DNA of 53,691 nt, from NCBI GenBank assembly GCA_964367745.1, contig CAYIYK010000005.1, positions 1 through 53,691 of the forward strand. Reading direction: 5' to 3'. Below, piece by piece: positions 17,213 through 26,148 of the stretch. Below the pieces are notes generated by a model. It saw only the letters and a list, made by a program, of their open reading frames with translations. It made no database searches and was not told the DNA's origin. The stretch's first letter is position 1; each line of letters starts with the position of its first letter. Source of the DNA: an uncultured Candidatus Saccharibacteria bacterium (GTDB taxonomy: Bacteria > Patescibacteriota > Minisyncoccia > Phycocordibacterales > PALSA-1337). The translations under genes were made by a program, and so were the position numbers.

Positions 17213-18220
17213 TCACAGGGACTTTGCTCTAAAGAATCTTTTCGATGAAATCACCGAACCAGATCCTGGGTAGAACGGAATCCAAACAGAGTTAGTTTCG
17301 ATATCCTCCGGAATGGTCATTATCTCGGACCAGTCCTTAAGGTTCGTAGAAGCCTCAACAATTGTCTTCCTACCTTGAGTGAACTCCACGTTCACTCCGA
17401 AACTACTCAGAGTCAGTACGGGTGGAACGATCAGCGAACCCTGCTCGCTGTAAACTCTAGATTCACCACCTGCAGTAATCTTGAGTCGTGTCTTGTAAGC
17501 ACCAGTAGAGTACCAGCCTTGTAGGGCGATGTACCCACTTGCGGTCATTTCCTTTGGGATTTTAAACGAGCCGATGCTCGTCATGTTCTGACTTGTAGAT
17601 CGTGGTGTCCACACGTACTTGTATGGGACACCAGATCCTACATCGACCTCAACCTCAAATCTTTCCAGGTTAGTAATCGGGATCACAACTTGTCTTGAAA
17701 CAACGTTGAGCCCTAAAAACGTTTCCTGGTTAATATCTGAAGCCAAACCGAGTGACTTGGACAAGAATATCCCAACTGCTGGAGCTCCAAGTCTGGCGTC
17801 GTTATACATATGATATGTATACATTGATAGAGGCTTAGAATGATCAATTTTCGTGTCATTCTTAATCTTATCAATAAGTACCATACCGTATTTACTGACT
17901 TCAGACTCGAAGTCTGAGTAGGAACTGAACTTACCTGGTAAATCAGTACTCCACACCCCTTCAATACCGTTTGTGCCGAGATATTTAACCCCGATTGGAG
18001 TAAAGGTTCCAAGTATCTTACCGTTCAGTAGTTTTTCAGAAACGATCCAGTCCGACGCCACCTGCTCATTCCCGATTGGGAGCGAATCAGGCAGTGGGGA
18101 AGGATTGACCACCGTTTGAGTCGAAACCCCGCTATTCGCGGGTTGTCCCATTGCGGTAAGCGCAATGGAGCTGACTGCGATCAAAATGATCGCGAATACC
18201 GACTTTAGCCATGTATTCAC
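17213..18220 (-). CDS. Secreted hypothetical protein, GC-rich relative to its neighbours
   Basis: 335 aa with GTG start and signal peptide. The C-terminus reads ...ASTNLKDWSEI...FFRAKSL. 86 of 180 nt are G+C at 17281-17460, against 32-40% in hand counts of the flanking genes. Confidence 0.7.
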   Translation of the reverse strand: MNTWLKSVFAIILIAVSSIALTAMGQPANSGVSTQTVVNPSPLPDSLPIGNEQVASDWIVSEKLLNGKILGTFTPIGVKYLGTNGIEGVWSTDLPGKFSSYSDFESEVSKYGMVLIDKIKNDTKIDHSKPLSMYTYHMYNDARLGAPAVGIFLSKSLGLASDINQETFLGLNVVSRQVVIPITNLERFEVEVDVGSGVPYKYVWTPRSTSQNMTSIGSFKIPKEMTASGYIALQGWYSTGAYKTRLKITAGGESRVYSEQGSLIVPPVLTLSSFGVNVEFTQGRKTIVEASTNLKDWSEIMTIPEDIETNSVWIPFYPGSGSVISSKRFFRAKSL

Positions 18221-18369
18221 ATCTTTCTCTTTGTTGCGCTTTCGCTGAGACGAAAGCTTGTTTTGTCTATTTCTCTCAAAGATTCAAAAATCAATGAGCT
18301 GACATCTATAAATATCATACCACGTTTGGTTTTAAAAGTAAAGCAAGTAAAACTGTGGATAAAATATGG

Positions 18370-20112
18370 CTAAATATCTAGGTTATTTAAGAAGTCGTAG
18401 GGTAAATAAACCGTCACTTTTGCACCTCTATTTTGGCCTAGAGAGGTGATATCTATTTTGCCGTGATGAGACTCTATTATTGATTTTGAAATGTATAATC
18501 CTATACCCATACCCGTTGGATTTATTTCCTGAACCCTTTTACTTCTATAGAATGATTTTGAAAGGACATTCTCTCTTTCTTCATTCGTCATCCCGACACC
18601 TGCATTTGAAATTTCAATTTCAAGCCCCATCGGTCTTTTATTAGTAGATATATTTATATTACCGTTAGTTATATTATATTTTATTGCATTCTCAATTATT
18701 ACTATGAATACATCCTTGATCTTTCCATAATCACCTCTAATTTCTGACCAGTCATTCTTGTCGGTGGGGTAGGACAGGGCGATAGACATATTTTTTATAT
18801 CAAGCTTGAGATCATTTATTACTTCATTTATTAGTTTGTGTGTATCGACGGCTGAAATGTTTAGGATTTGAGAGCCTAGTTTCATCTTGGTAATGTCTTT
18901 GAAATCATCGGCAATATGCTTCAGATTGTCGCTTGATCTTATTGTGTCCTCGATTGCATTCCTCGCTTCGCTATTTATCTGGCCGTATCTGCCGGTGAGA
19001 ATATCTTTTAGATTGTTTGAAATATTACTGATTGGTACTCGAAGATTGTGTTGGGCTAGAGTGATGAATTGGTCCTTGGTATCGGTGAGCTTTTTAAGTT
19101 CACGGTGAGCTTTCATCTCGAGGTCGTAGGAAGATTGGATGGTGAGGGTTTGTTCTTCAACTTTTTCGGTTAGCTTATAGTTTAATATATTCAGGTCGTC
19201 AGCGAGGTTAGATATAGTGATCATCTGTCGAGCTTCTTTTTTATGCGACATGATTATAACCATACCGAATATTATAGATATAATGAAGGTAATCAATACC
19301 GTAATTAAATTGGTGTCAGTATTTCTGTTTATTACTAGTGAAGCTATTAATATCCACATACTAATGACTAGAGAATTTTTACCCAACATCTTTAATTCAC
19401 TAATATCAAATTCAATCGCGTAGTATATTAGTAGTGATAAGAATACCGGCATTCCAAATAGGCCAAATTGTGCAATATTCCAATTCTCAGTAAAACTACC
19501 AGTAATAGCACCCCAAGTAAACAAAGATAACATCATGATGATATTCATTAAAAGAAAAATATCTTTTTTCTTATCTTCAGATTTCAATTGCTTCTTGTAT
19601 TTTTTAAGAAAAATGTAAAAACAAGAGAATATTGACAAAATTTCAATAACATATGAATAATAAGAAAAGAGTGATTCCTGACTTAAACATTTTTCAATAT
19701 CAAAAGAAGTTAAGGTTAATTTTGTTGGGGCAAGTATAATTAATGGGATATAAATAACAAAAGTAATGACTTTAAATTTGAAAGGTACATCTTTTTTATA
19801 TATAAGCAAATACAATAAATAGGTACTACTTATGTGTATTATTGGTTCAATAAGTATTTGAGTTGACCAAACAAACATTATTATGTCACTTTTGTTGCTC
19901 GCCCAAAAAATTAGATCAAGTATTACCCACAGTGAAAAGAATAATGTAATTATAAAGAATACAATATTTACTAATCTTTTGTTATTTTTAAGATAGAAAT
20001 ATATTCCTATATATAAAGTAATTATAAAGATAGGTATATGAGAATAATATACTAGAGAAGGGACGTTCTCAGAAAATATCAGATAAATTGGATTACTCGA
20101 GTGACAAAACAT
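18370..20112 (-). CDS. Sensor histidine kinase with N-terminal multi-TM domain
   Basis: 580 aa with about 7 TM helices, an H-box (LAQHNLRVPIS) and a C-terminal HATPase_c domain (NAIKYN, GMGIGLYISKSIIESHHGKI). Confidence 0.8.
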   Translation of the reverse strand: MFCHSSNPIYLIFSENVPSLVYYSHIPIFIITLYIGIYFYLKNNKRLVNIVFFIITLFFSLWVILDLIFWASNKSDIIMFVWSTQILIEPIIHISSTYLLYLLIYKKDVPFKFKVITFVIYIPLIILAPTKLTLTSFDIEKCLSQESLFSYYSYVIEILSIFSCFYIFLKKYKKQLKSEDKKKDIFLLMNIIMMLSLFTWGAITGSFTENWNIAQFGLFGMPVFLSLLIYYAIEFDISELKMLGKNSLVISMWILIASLVINRNTDTNLITVLITFIISIIFGMVIIMSHKKEARQMITISNLADDLNILNYKLTEKVEEQTLTIQSSYDLEMKAHRELKKLTDTKDQFITLAQHNLRVPISNISNNLKDILTGRYGQINSEARNAIEDTIRSSDNLKHIADDFKDITKMKLGSQILNISAVDTHKLINEVINDLKLDIKNMSIALSYPTDKNDWSEIRGDYGKIKDVFIVIIENAIKYNITNGNINISTNKRPMGLEIEISNAGVGMTNEERENVLSKSFYRSKRVQEINPTGMGIGLYISKSIIESHHGKIDITSLGQNRGAKVTVYLPYDFLNNLDI

Positions 20113-20276
20113 GATTGAGAAGTATAATACATTAAATTATGCTATTTTAGTATAATTAATTTATATGAATGAAATTGACGAGAAGGGTAAGCGCTTACTG
20201 TTATTATTTTTTATTTCTATTACGGTCTCGACTATTGTTATTTATCTCAGGTATGTTATTTTTAATGACTATTTAA

Positions 20277-21575
20277 TTATTTAAGGTAACCCCACCTCTT
20301 TAGTTTAAAAATACCATCATTCGAAAATTTCAATCCTATATCGTTTCTGTAAAACATCTTGGGGATATGAATTTTGTTTATTAGATCATAGGTACTTTTT
20401 CTAGCGAATTCAATTTTCTTACCTGTCCCCGTTATGTAGATCAAATATCCTCTGTCATCTGATACATAATATTTTTTTCTTTTTTTATCAAAAGAAATTT
20501 CTTCAAAATGAATTCTCTTGAATTCTTTATCTGAAATCGCTTTATTGAAATGGAGGCATGTACCGATTTGTGATTGTTCATCTATCTTCTTTGCAAAAGG
20601 GAATGGAGGTATTGCTACCAATACAACAACACCAAATTTTTTTTTATATTTCAAATCAAAATCTATACCTCTAGCTGTATAATTTAATATTTCAAACCAG
20701 GATGAATTATTAAGTTCAGTTTGAAGGTGTACAATAGGTGACCCAAACCTAGAAGTAGCTTCAAGAGGATAGCATCCATTTTTATTTACGATACAGTTAA
20801 TATCAAAAACACCCCTGTAATTAATTTTTTGAAGGTATGGTCTGATTCTATTTAATGTTAATTTAGTGAATTTACTATCCTTAGACTCGTACCAACCTAG
20901 AGTGCCCATTTCACTTGTGGTGGGACCCAAGTCACCTGGAAATAATTTTTTGTGTTCAATGTTTATCAAGGCTGGACCAATCCAATTTTTACCATTGAAA
21001 TATCTTGTCGCAGCAATCTCGACGCCGACAATTCGTTCCTGAAGTGTTATTACATCTGCCTTTGTGGCATTATTTTTACTGTATGATCTAAGTACATCGA
21101 TGGTATCACTACCATCCTTAAAGTTTCCTACAAAATTTATACTTTTACTTGATGTACCATTCTGTTTAATTACCCAAGCTTTGGGGTTTTTATTAATAAA
21201 ATGTATAGCCTTTTTAACACTACTAAAATTATAACTTGGGATCGATTTTAGACCATACTCCTCAAATATATTTTGCGCTAGAACCCTGTCTTGCTCAAGC
21301 AAGTCTCCATATAATGAACCACCGAAGACATTATATCCATCTTTTCTTAATCTATCCTGATCGTGTCCGTAGCCAATATCATCGAATATTATTAGACCAT
21401 CTTTACCAACCCAATTAAGTTCTATTCTCCAGTCTGAAGTTTTGTTTAAAATTTCCTTAAAGTTGCGTCTCCTATCTTTTTCTTCAATAAAAATTTTAAC
21501 GTCGTGCCCGTCATTTCTAAGTATTCTTGCAACATTTCCAGCAATTAGATCGTTTGAGATAAACAGTATTCGCAT
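20277..21575 (-). CDS. PurD-like ATP-grasp protein (phosphoribosylamine-glycine ligase family, divergent)
   Basis: Colinear with PurD: LEQDRVLAQNIFEEYGLK vs LEGSKAFTKDFLARHKIP; EHKKLFPGDLGPTTSEMG vs DHKRVGDKDTGPNTGGMG; EATSRFGSP vs EFNCRFGDP; YRNDIG vs CRKDIG. The start is set at MRILFIS. Confidence 0.7.
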   Translation of the reverse strand: MRILFISNDLIAGNVARILRNDGHDVKIFIEEKDRRRNFKEILNKTSDWRIELNWVGKDGLIIFDDIGYGHDQDRLRKDGYNVFGGSLYGDLLEQDRVLAQNIFEEYGLKSIPSYNFSSVKKAIHFINKNPKAWVIKQNGTSSKSINFVGNFKDGSDTIDVLRSYSKNNATKADVITLQERIVGVEIAATRYFNGKNWIGPALINIEHKKLFPGDLGPTTSEMGTLGWYESKDSKFTKLTLNRIRPYLQKINYRGVFDINCIVNKNGCYPLEATSRFGSPIVHLQTELNNSSWFEILNYTARGIDFDLKYKKKFGVVVLVAIPPFPFAKKIDEQSQIGTCLHFNKAISDKEFKRIHFEEISFDKKRKKYYVSDDRGYLIYITGTGKKIEFARKSTYDLINKIHIPKMFYRNDIGLKFSNDGIFKLKRWGYLK

Positions 21576-21749
21576 GGTATAATTATTACAAAGAAAATAT
21601 ATCATTTTATGGGACTTAACACAAAATATATTCCAAGAATTCTAATTGCAGTAATAGTTTTTAGTTTACTGATTACGTTTGATAAGACCATGGTTGAGAG
21701 GAAGTTTGATGTTACTAATTACAATGAGGAGATGTAAAATAAATATGGT

Positions 21750-22664
21750 ATGAATTGGTTTTACTTATCATTAATACCACCATTCCTTTTTTCAATCGCA
21801 AATCATATTGATAAATACCTTTTGTCAAAATATATAAAAGGTGGCGGTGTCGGATCACTAATAATTTTTTCGTGCTTATTTTCTATCTTTATTCTGCCTA
21901 TCTATTTTTATTTCAGACCAGATGTTATTGAAGTTAGTGGCATTGATATACTATTACTGATAATTGTGGGTATAATTAATACACTCGGAGTACTATTTTA
22001 CCTTACTGCACTTTCTAAAGAAGATGCTTCAATTGTGGTACCGTTGGTACAATTGACACCTGTATCCGGTTACGTATTTTCCTTTTTATTTTTTAACGAA
22101 ACAATAACAAATGCTCAATTTTTTGCTGCTCTATTTATATTAGCTGGTTCGGTTATGTTATGTTTCAGTCTTTCTGGAGGAGAGCTGGTGTTTAAGTGGA
22201 GAACTGCAATATATATGCTAATCTCGACTGTACTTTTTGGATTACACGGCTCTTTATTTAAATTTGTTACTATTAGTGAAAATTTTATAAAATCATTTTT
22301 TTGGGAATATGTCGGTTTGTTTATATCAGGAATATGTCTCTTTGTTCTTTATAAAAGTTTTAGAGTAGAATTTGTAAGTCTAATTAAAAGCAATAAATTT
22401 GGAGTCTTTGTTATAAACTCGGTAAATGAAACGATTGTGTTTTCTGCAAATATAATTGTTGCATTATGCTTTACTTTAGCACCCGTGTCGCTAGTTCTGG
22501 CAATTGGTGGTTTACAATCATTATTTGTTTTTGTTATAGGTTTATTGATTTATATTTTTTTCCCGAAGATTAGTAAGGAGGAAATGAAGTTTGGATATCT
22601 AAGTTATAAAATATTGGCTATAGTTATAATTATATACGGTGGATATCTAATGAGTATAGCTTGA
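21750..22664 (+). CDS. EamA/DMT-family transporter
   Basis: 304 aa with about 10 TM helices and the duplicated EamA architecture. Confidence 0.75.
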   Translation: MNWFYLSLIPPFLFSIANHIDKYLLSKYIKGGGVGSLIIFSCLFSIFILPIYFYFRPDVIEVSGIDILLLIIVGIINTLGVLFYLTALSKEDASIVVPLVQLTPVSGYVFSFLFFNETITNAQFFAALFILAGSVMLCFSLSGGELVFKWRTAIYMLISTVLFGLHGSLFKFVTISENFIKSFFWEYVGLFISGICLFVLYKSFRVEFVSLIKSNKFGVFVINSVNETIVFSANIIVALCFTLAPVSLVLAIGGLQSLFVFVIGLLIYIFFPKISKEEMKFGYLSYKILAIVIIIYGGYLMSIA

Positions 22665-22687
22665 TTATTCAAGGTATAATTGTAAAG

Positions 22688-24373
22688 ATGAATTTTAATA
22701 TTTTTCCAAATCAAGTTTGTGGAAACGAGTTACCAGGATTTTTGGGTTTAGATTTTTCTACAGCACCACAATTATTGTTTTATTCATATATTCCTATAAT
22801 TTTAATATCGTTATTCATAGGTTTTTGGGTATACTTTAAAGAGAAAAGATCTCTGCAAGGAAAGTTATTTTTTGGTTTAACTATTTTCTTTGTATTGTGG
22901 GTCATTAATATAATTTTTCAATGGATCTCTTCTTATCATGTTGTACTTATGTTTGCCTGGCAACTTACTGCGTTTTTTGAATTAGGTATGTATATTTGTG
23001 CAGGATATTTTTCATACGTTTTTTTGTTTAAAAAAGATATAAGTTATTTTGGCAAAATATTATTACTTACTATTTTTGCGTTGGTGTCAGTATTCTTACC
23101 AACAAAATTCAATATAATGAGTTATGATATTTTAAATTGTGAAGGTGTTATTGGTAATATATGGAAAATTATCTACATAATTGAATCGAGTCTTATTGTT
23201 TGGATTTCTTATATCGGTTATCTAAATTTTAAAGCATCAAAAGATATAAATGATAAAAAAAAGTTTACATTATTTACTTTGGGTATGGTATTTTTCTTAC
23301 TTATTTTTTTCTTATCAAATTTTTATGCTGAAGTAACAAAGGTCTATGAGTTTAACCTTTGGGGTCCACTTGGTATGTTAATTTTTCTAAGCTGTCTATC
23401 ATACCTAATGGTAAAATTTAAAATCTTCAACCTCAAACTCATCGGTTCTAATGTACTCGTTCTGTCTCTGTGGATACTTACCGCATCGCTACTTACTATC
23501 CAAGACATCAACATCAGTCACGCTGTCACCGGCATCACACTTATCATCTCAATCATATTTGGACTTATCCTTATTCAGTCTGTGCGAAACGAAGTTAGTC
23601 AAAGAGAAAAAAATGAAAGGCTTGCTTTTGATCTTACATCTGCCAACAACAGACTTCTTGAAATTGATAAACAAAAATCTGAATTCGTTTCATTTGCCAC
23701 TCATCAGCTTCGAGCTCCACTTACTGCGATGAAAGGGTACACCTCACTTATCCTCGAGGGAGAAATGGGTAAAGTAAACGCTGATGTTAAACAAGCTGTC
23801 AAAAGAATTTTTGATTCTTCTAGTACTTTGGAAAATATTGTTGATGATTACCTTAATATATCAAGAATCGAACTTGGTACTCTCCAGTATAACTTCGATA
23901 TGGTAAATCTAAAGGATGTGCTTGATAGTGTGGTGGGGGAATTGAAACCAAATATTGAAAAGAAAGGTCTTGAGTTTAATGTAATGGTAAATTCAACCGG
24001 TATAAATACTAGATTTATGGTGCGAGCTGATAAAGATAAAATAAAACAGGTAATATCGAATCTAATTGATAATTCAGTAAAATATACACCATCAGGTTCT
24101 ATTAACGTAAGTCTGGATAAAGATACGAGCAGAAGAAAGATTTTAATCTCTATAAAGGACACTGGGGTGGGTATATCTCCTGATGTTATGCCTAAATTGT
24201 TTTCAAAGTTTGTACGAGCTGATAATGCGAATAAACAAAATATCTTTGGAACAGGACTTGGACTCTATATAGCTAGCCAAATAGCCCTAGCGCATCACGG
24301 TCGCATCTGGGCAGAATCAAGAGGTGAGGGAAAAGGGTCAGAATTCTATTTTGAACTTGATATGGAACTTTAA
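22688..24373 (+). CDS. Sensor histidine kinase, paralog of 18370-20112
   Basis: Multi-TM N-terminus similar to the other kinase (LLFYSYIPIILISLFIGFWVYFKEK vs LVYYSHIPIFIITLYIGIYFYLKNN). H-box FATHQLRAPLT, plus N, G1 and G2 boxes. The ATG at 22688 is preferred over the TTG at 22661. Confidence 0.85.
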   Translation: MNFNIFPNQVCGNELPGFLGLDFSTAPQLLFYSYIPIILISLFIGFWVYFKEKRSLQGKLFFGLTIFFVLWVINIIFQWISSYHVVLMFAWQLTAFFELGMYICAGYFSYVFLFKKDISYFGKILLLTIFALVSVFLPTKFNIMSYDILNCEGVIGNIWKIIYIIESSLIVWISYIGYLNFKASKDINDKKKFTLFTLGMVFFLLIFFLSNFYAEVTKVYEFNLWGPLGMLIFLSCLSYLMVKFKIFNLKLIGSNVLVLSLWILTASLLTIQDINISHAVTGITLIISIIFGLILIQSVRNEVSQREKNERLAFDLTSANNRLLEIDKQKSEFVSFATHQLRAPLTAMKGYTSLILEGEMGKVNADVKQAVKRIFDSSSTLENIVDDYLNISRIELGTLQYNFDMVNLKDVLDSVVGELKPNIEKKGLEFNVMVNSTGINTRFMVRADKDKIKQVISNLIDNSVKYTPSGSINVSLDKDTSRRKILISIKDTGVGISPDVMPKLFSKFVRADNANKQNIFGTGLGLYIASQIALAHHGRIWAESRGEGKGSEFYFELDMEL

Positions 24374-24394
24374 CTATATGGTATAATTTATTCA

Positions 24395-26143
24395 ATGTTC
24401 ATCGAAGATTCACAGTTGAATAAATTTATTCTTGATTCCAACTTGGTGTCTAAACCTGATTTGGAAAATGCACAAAAAGAAGCAGAAAAAAAGGGAGTAA
24501 GAATAGGTGAGATCTTGGTTAAAAATGGCAATATCACTGAAGATAACCTTCGAAGAATGCAGGCATATGTTCTAGGTATCCCATTCGTTGATTTGAAAAA
24601 TAAGAAAATTCCTTTTGATACTCTATCACTCATTCCTGAACCTGTAGCTAGAACTCACAATATAGTAGCCTTTAAAAAAGACGATTCTACACTAGAAGTA
24701 GCAATGCTTGATGTGGACGATTTGTCTGCTATTGATTTTATTAAAAAGAAAGTAAATCTTAAAATTCTTCCGAGATTGACTGATGTTGAGTCAATGAAGA
24801 ATTCTATTGTTCAATATCAAAAGAGTTTGAAAGCTGAATTCGGGGATATTATTCAAAAAGAATCTGCGACACTTAAGACTATTGCTGAAGAATCTGGAGA
24901 ACCTGCTTCAGAAGAGGATTTGAAGAAAATCGCTGAAGATTTGCCAGTTATCCGTATCGTAGACACTCTATTGAAGCACGCTATCATACAAGACGCTTCC
25001 GATATCCATATTGAACCGATGGACGATCAACTTCTTGTTCGATATAGAATCGACGGACTTTTGCATGATGCCATGGTACTACCAAAAAATGCTGAAGCTT
25101 CTATAACTGCACGTATAAAAGTTCTTTCGAATCTTAAACTGGACGAAAAGCGTTTGCCTCAAGATGGAAGATTTAAGATTGAAATGAATAGTGAAAAAGT
25201 ATCTTTCCGAGTATCTATACTCCCAACATATTATGGTGAAAAGACCGTTATGCGTCTTTTGAGAGAGAGTGTTTCTGGTTTTACTTTGGAATATTTGAGT
25301 TTCCACGGTGAAGGGCTAGAGAGAATACATGCTGCGACAAAGCTTACAACAGGAATGATTCTTACTACTGGTCCTACAGGATCTGGAAAGACTACAACTC
25401 TATATACAATCCTTGATATTTTGAATCAACCTGATGTAAACATTTCTACAATCGAAGATCCGGTTGAGTATCAAATGAAGAGAATAAATCAGTCTCAAGT
25501 AAAACCTGAAATCGGTTTTACATTCTCATCTGGACTTAGAACACTTGTTAGACAAGACCCAGACGTGATCATGGTGGGGGAGATCCGAGACAATGAGACA
25601 GCTGCCCTTGCGGTAAACGCCGCGCTGACTGGGCACTTGGTGCTCTCGACACTGCACACGAACAGCGCGGCGGGTGCAATACCTAGATTTTTGGATATGA
25701 AAATTGAGCCATTTTTGCTTGTCTCAACTCTAAATATAATTATTGCCCAGAGACTAGTACGAAGATTGTCAGATAAAAAAGAGAAATATAAATTATCGAA
25801 AGACGAGCTTGCTGTATTGAAGAAAACCGTAGATCTAGATCGCGTATTAAAAGCTTTGAGGGATGAGAAGATAGTTAAAGCAAATGAAGATTGGGAAGAT
25901 ATTTCGTTCTGGAAACCTGTTGCATCGAAAGATGATGATGGATATAAGAGTCGAGTTGGAATTCATGAAGTTTTGAAAGTTTCAAATAGTATAAAGGATT
26001 TGATTATTAAAGGTGCAACAAGTGCAGAAATCGAAGCGCAAGCTAAAAAAGAGGGGATGCTCACAATGCTTGAAGATGGTATATTTAATGCAGTACAAGG
26101 CAATACTACCATCGAGGAAGTACTAAGAGTTATTTCAGAATAA
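24395..26143 (+). CDS. pilB: Type IV pilus assembly ATPase PilB (GspE family)
   Basis: 582 aa with N-terminal T2SE_N-like repeats, Walker A GPTGSGKTT, Walker B/Asp box DPDVIMVGEIRD and His box LVLSTLHTN. Confidence 0.92.
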   Translation: MFIEDSQLNKFILDSNLVSKPDLENAQKEAEKKGVRIGEILVKNGNITEDNLRRMQAYVLGIPFVDLKNKKIPFDTLSLIPEPVARTHNIVAFKKDDSTLEVAMLDVDDLSAIDFIKKKVNLKILPRLTDVESMKNSIVQYQKSLKAEFGDIIQKESATLKTIAEESGEPASEEDLKKIAEDLPVIRIVDTLLKHAIIQDASDIHIEPMDDQLLVRYRIDGLLHDAMVLPKNAEASITARIKVLSNLKLDEKRLPQDGRFKIEMNSEKVSFRVSILPTYYGEKTVMRLLRESVSGFTLEYLSFHGEGLERIHAATKLTTGMILTTGPTGSGKTTTLYTILDILNQPDVNISTIEDPVEYQMKRINQSQVKPEIGFTFSSGLRTLVRQDPDVIMVGEIRDNETAALAVNAALTGHLVLSTLHTNSAAGAIPRFLDMKIEPFLLVSTLNIIIAQRLVRRLSDKKEKYKLSKDELAVLKKTVDLDRVLKALRDEKIVKANEDWEDISFWKPVASKDDDGYKSRVGIHEVLKVSNSIKDLIIKGATSAEIEAQAKKEGMLTMLEDGIFNAVQGNTTIEEVLRVISE

Positions 26144-26148
26144 TCTAT

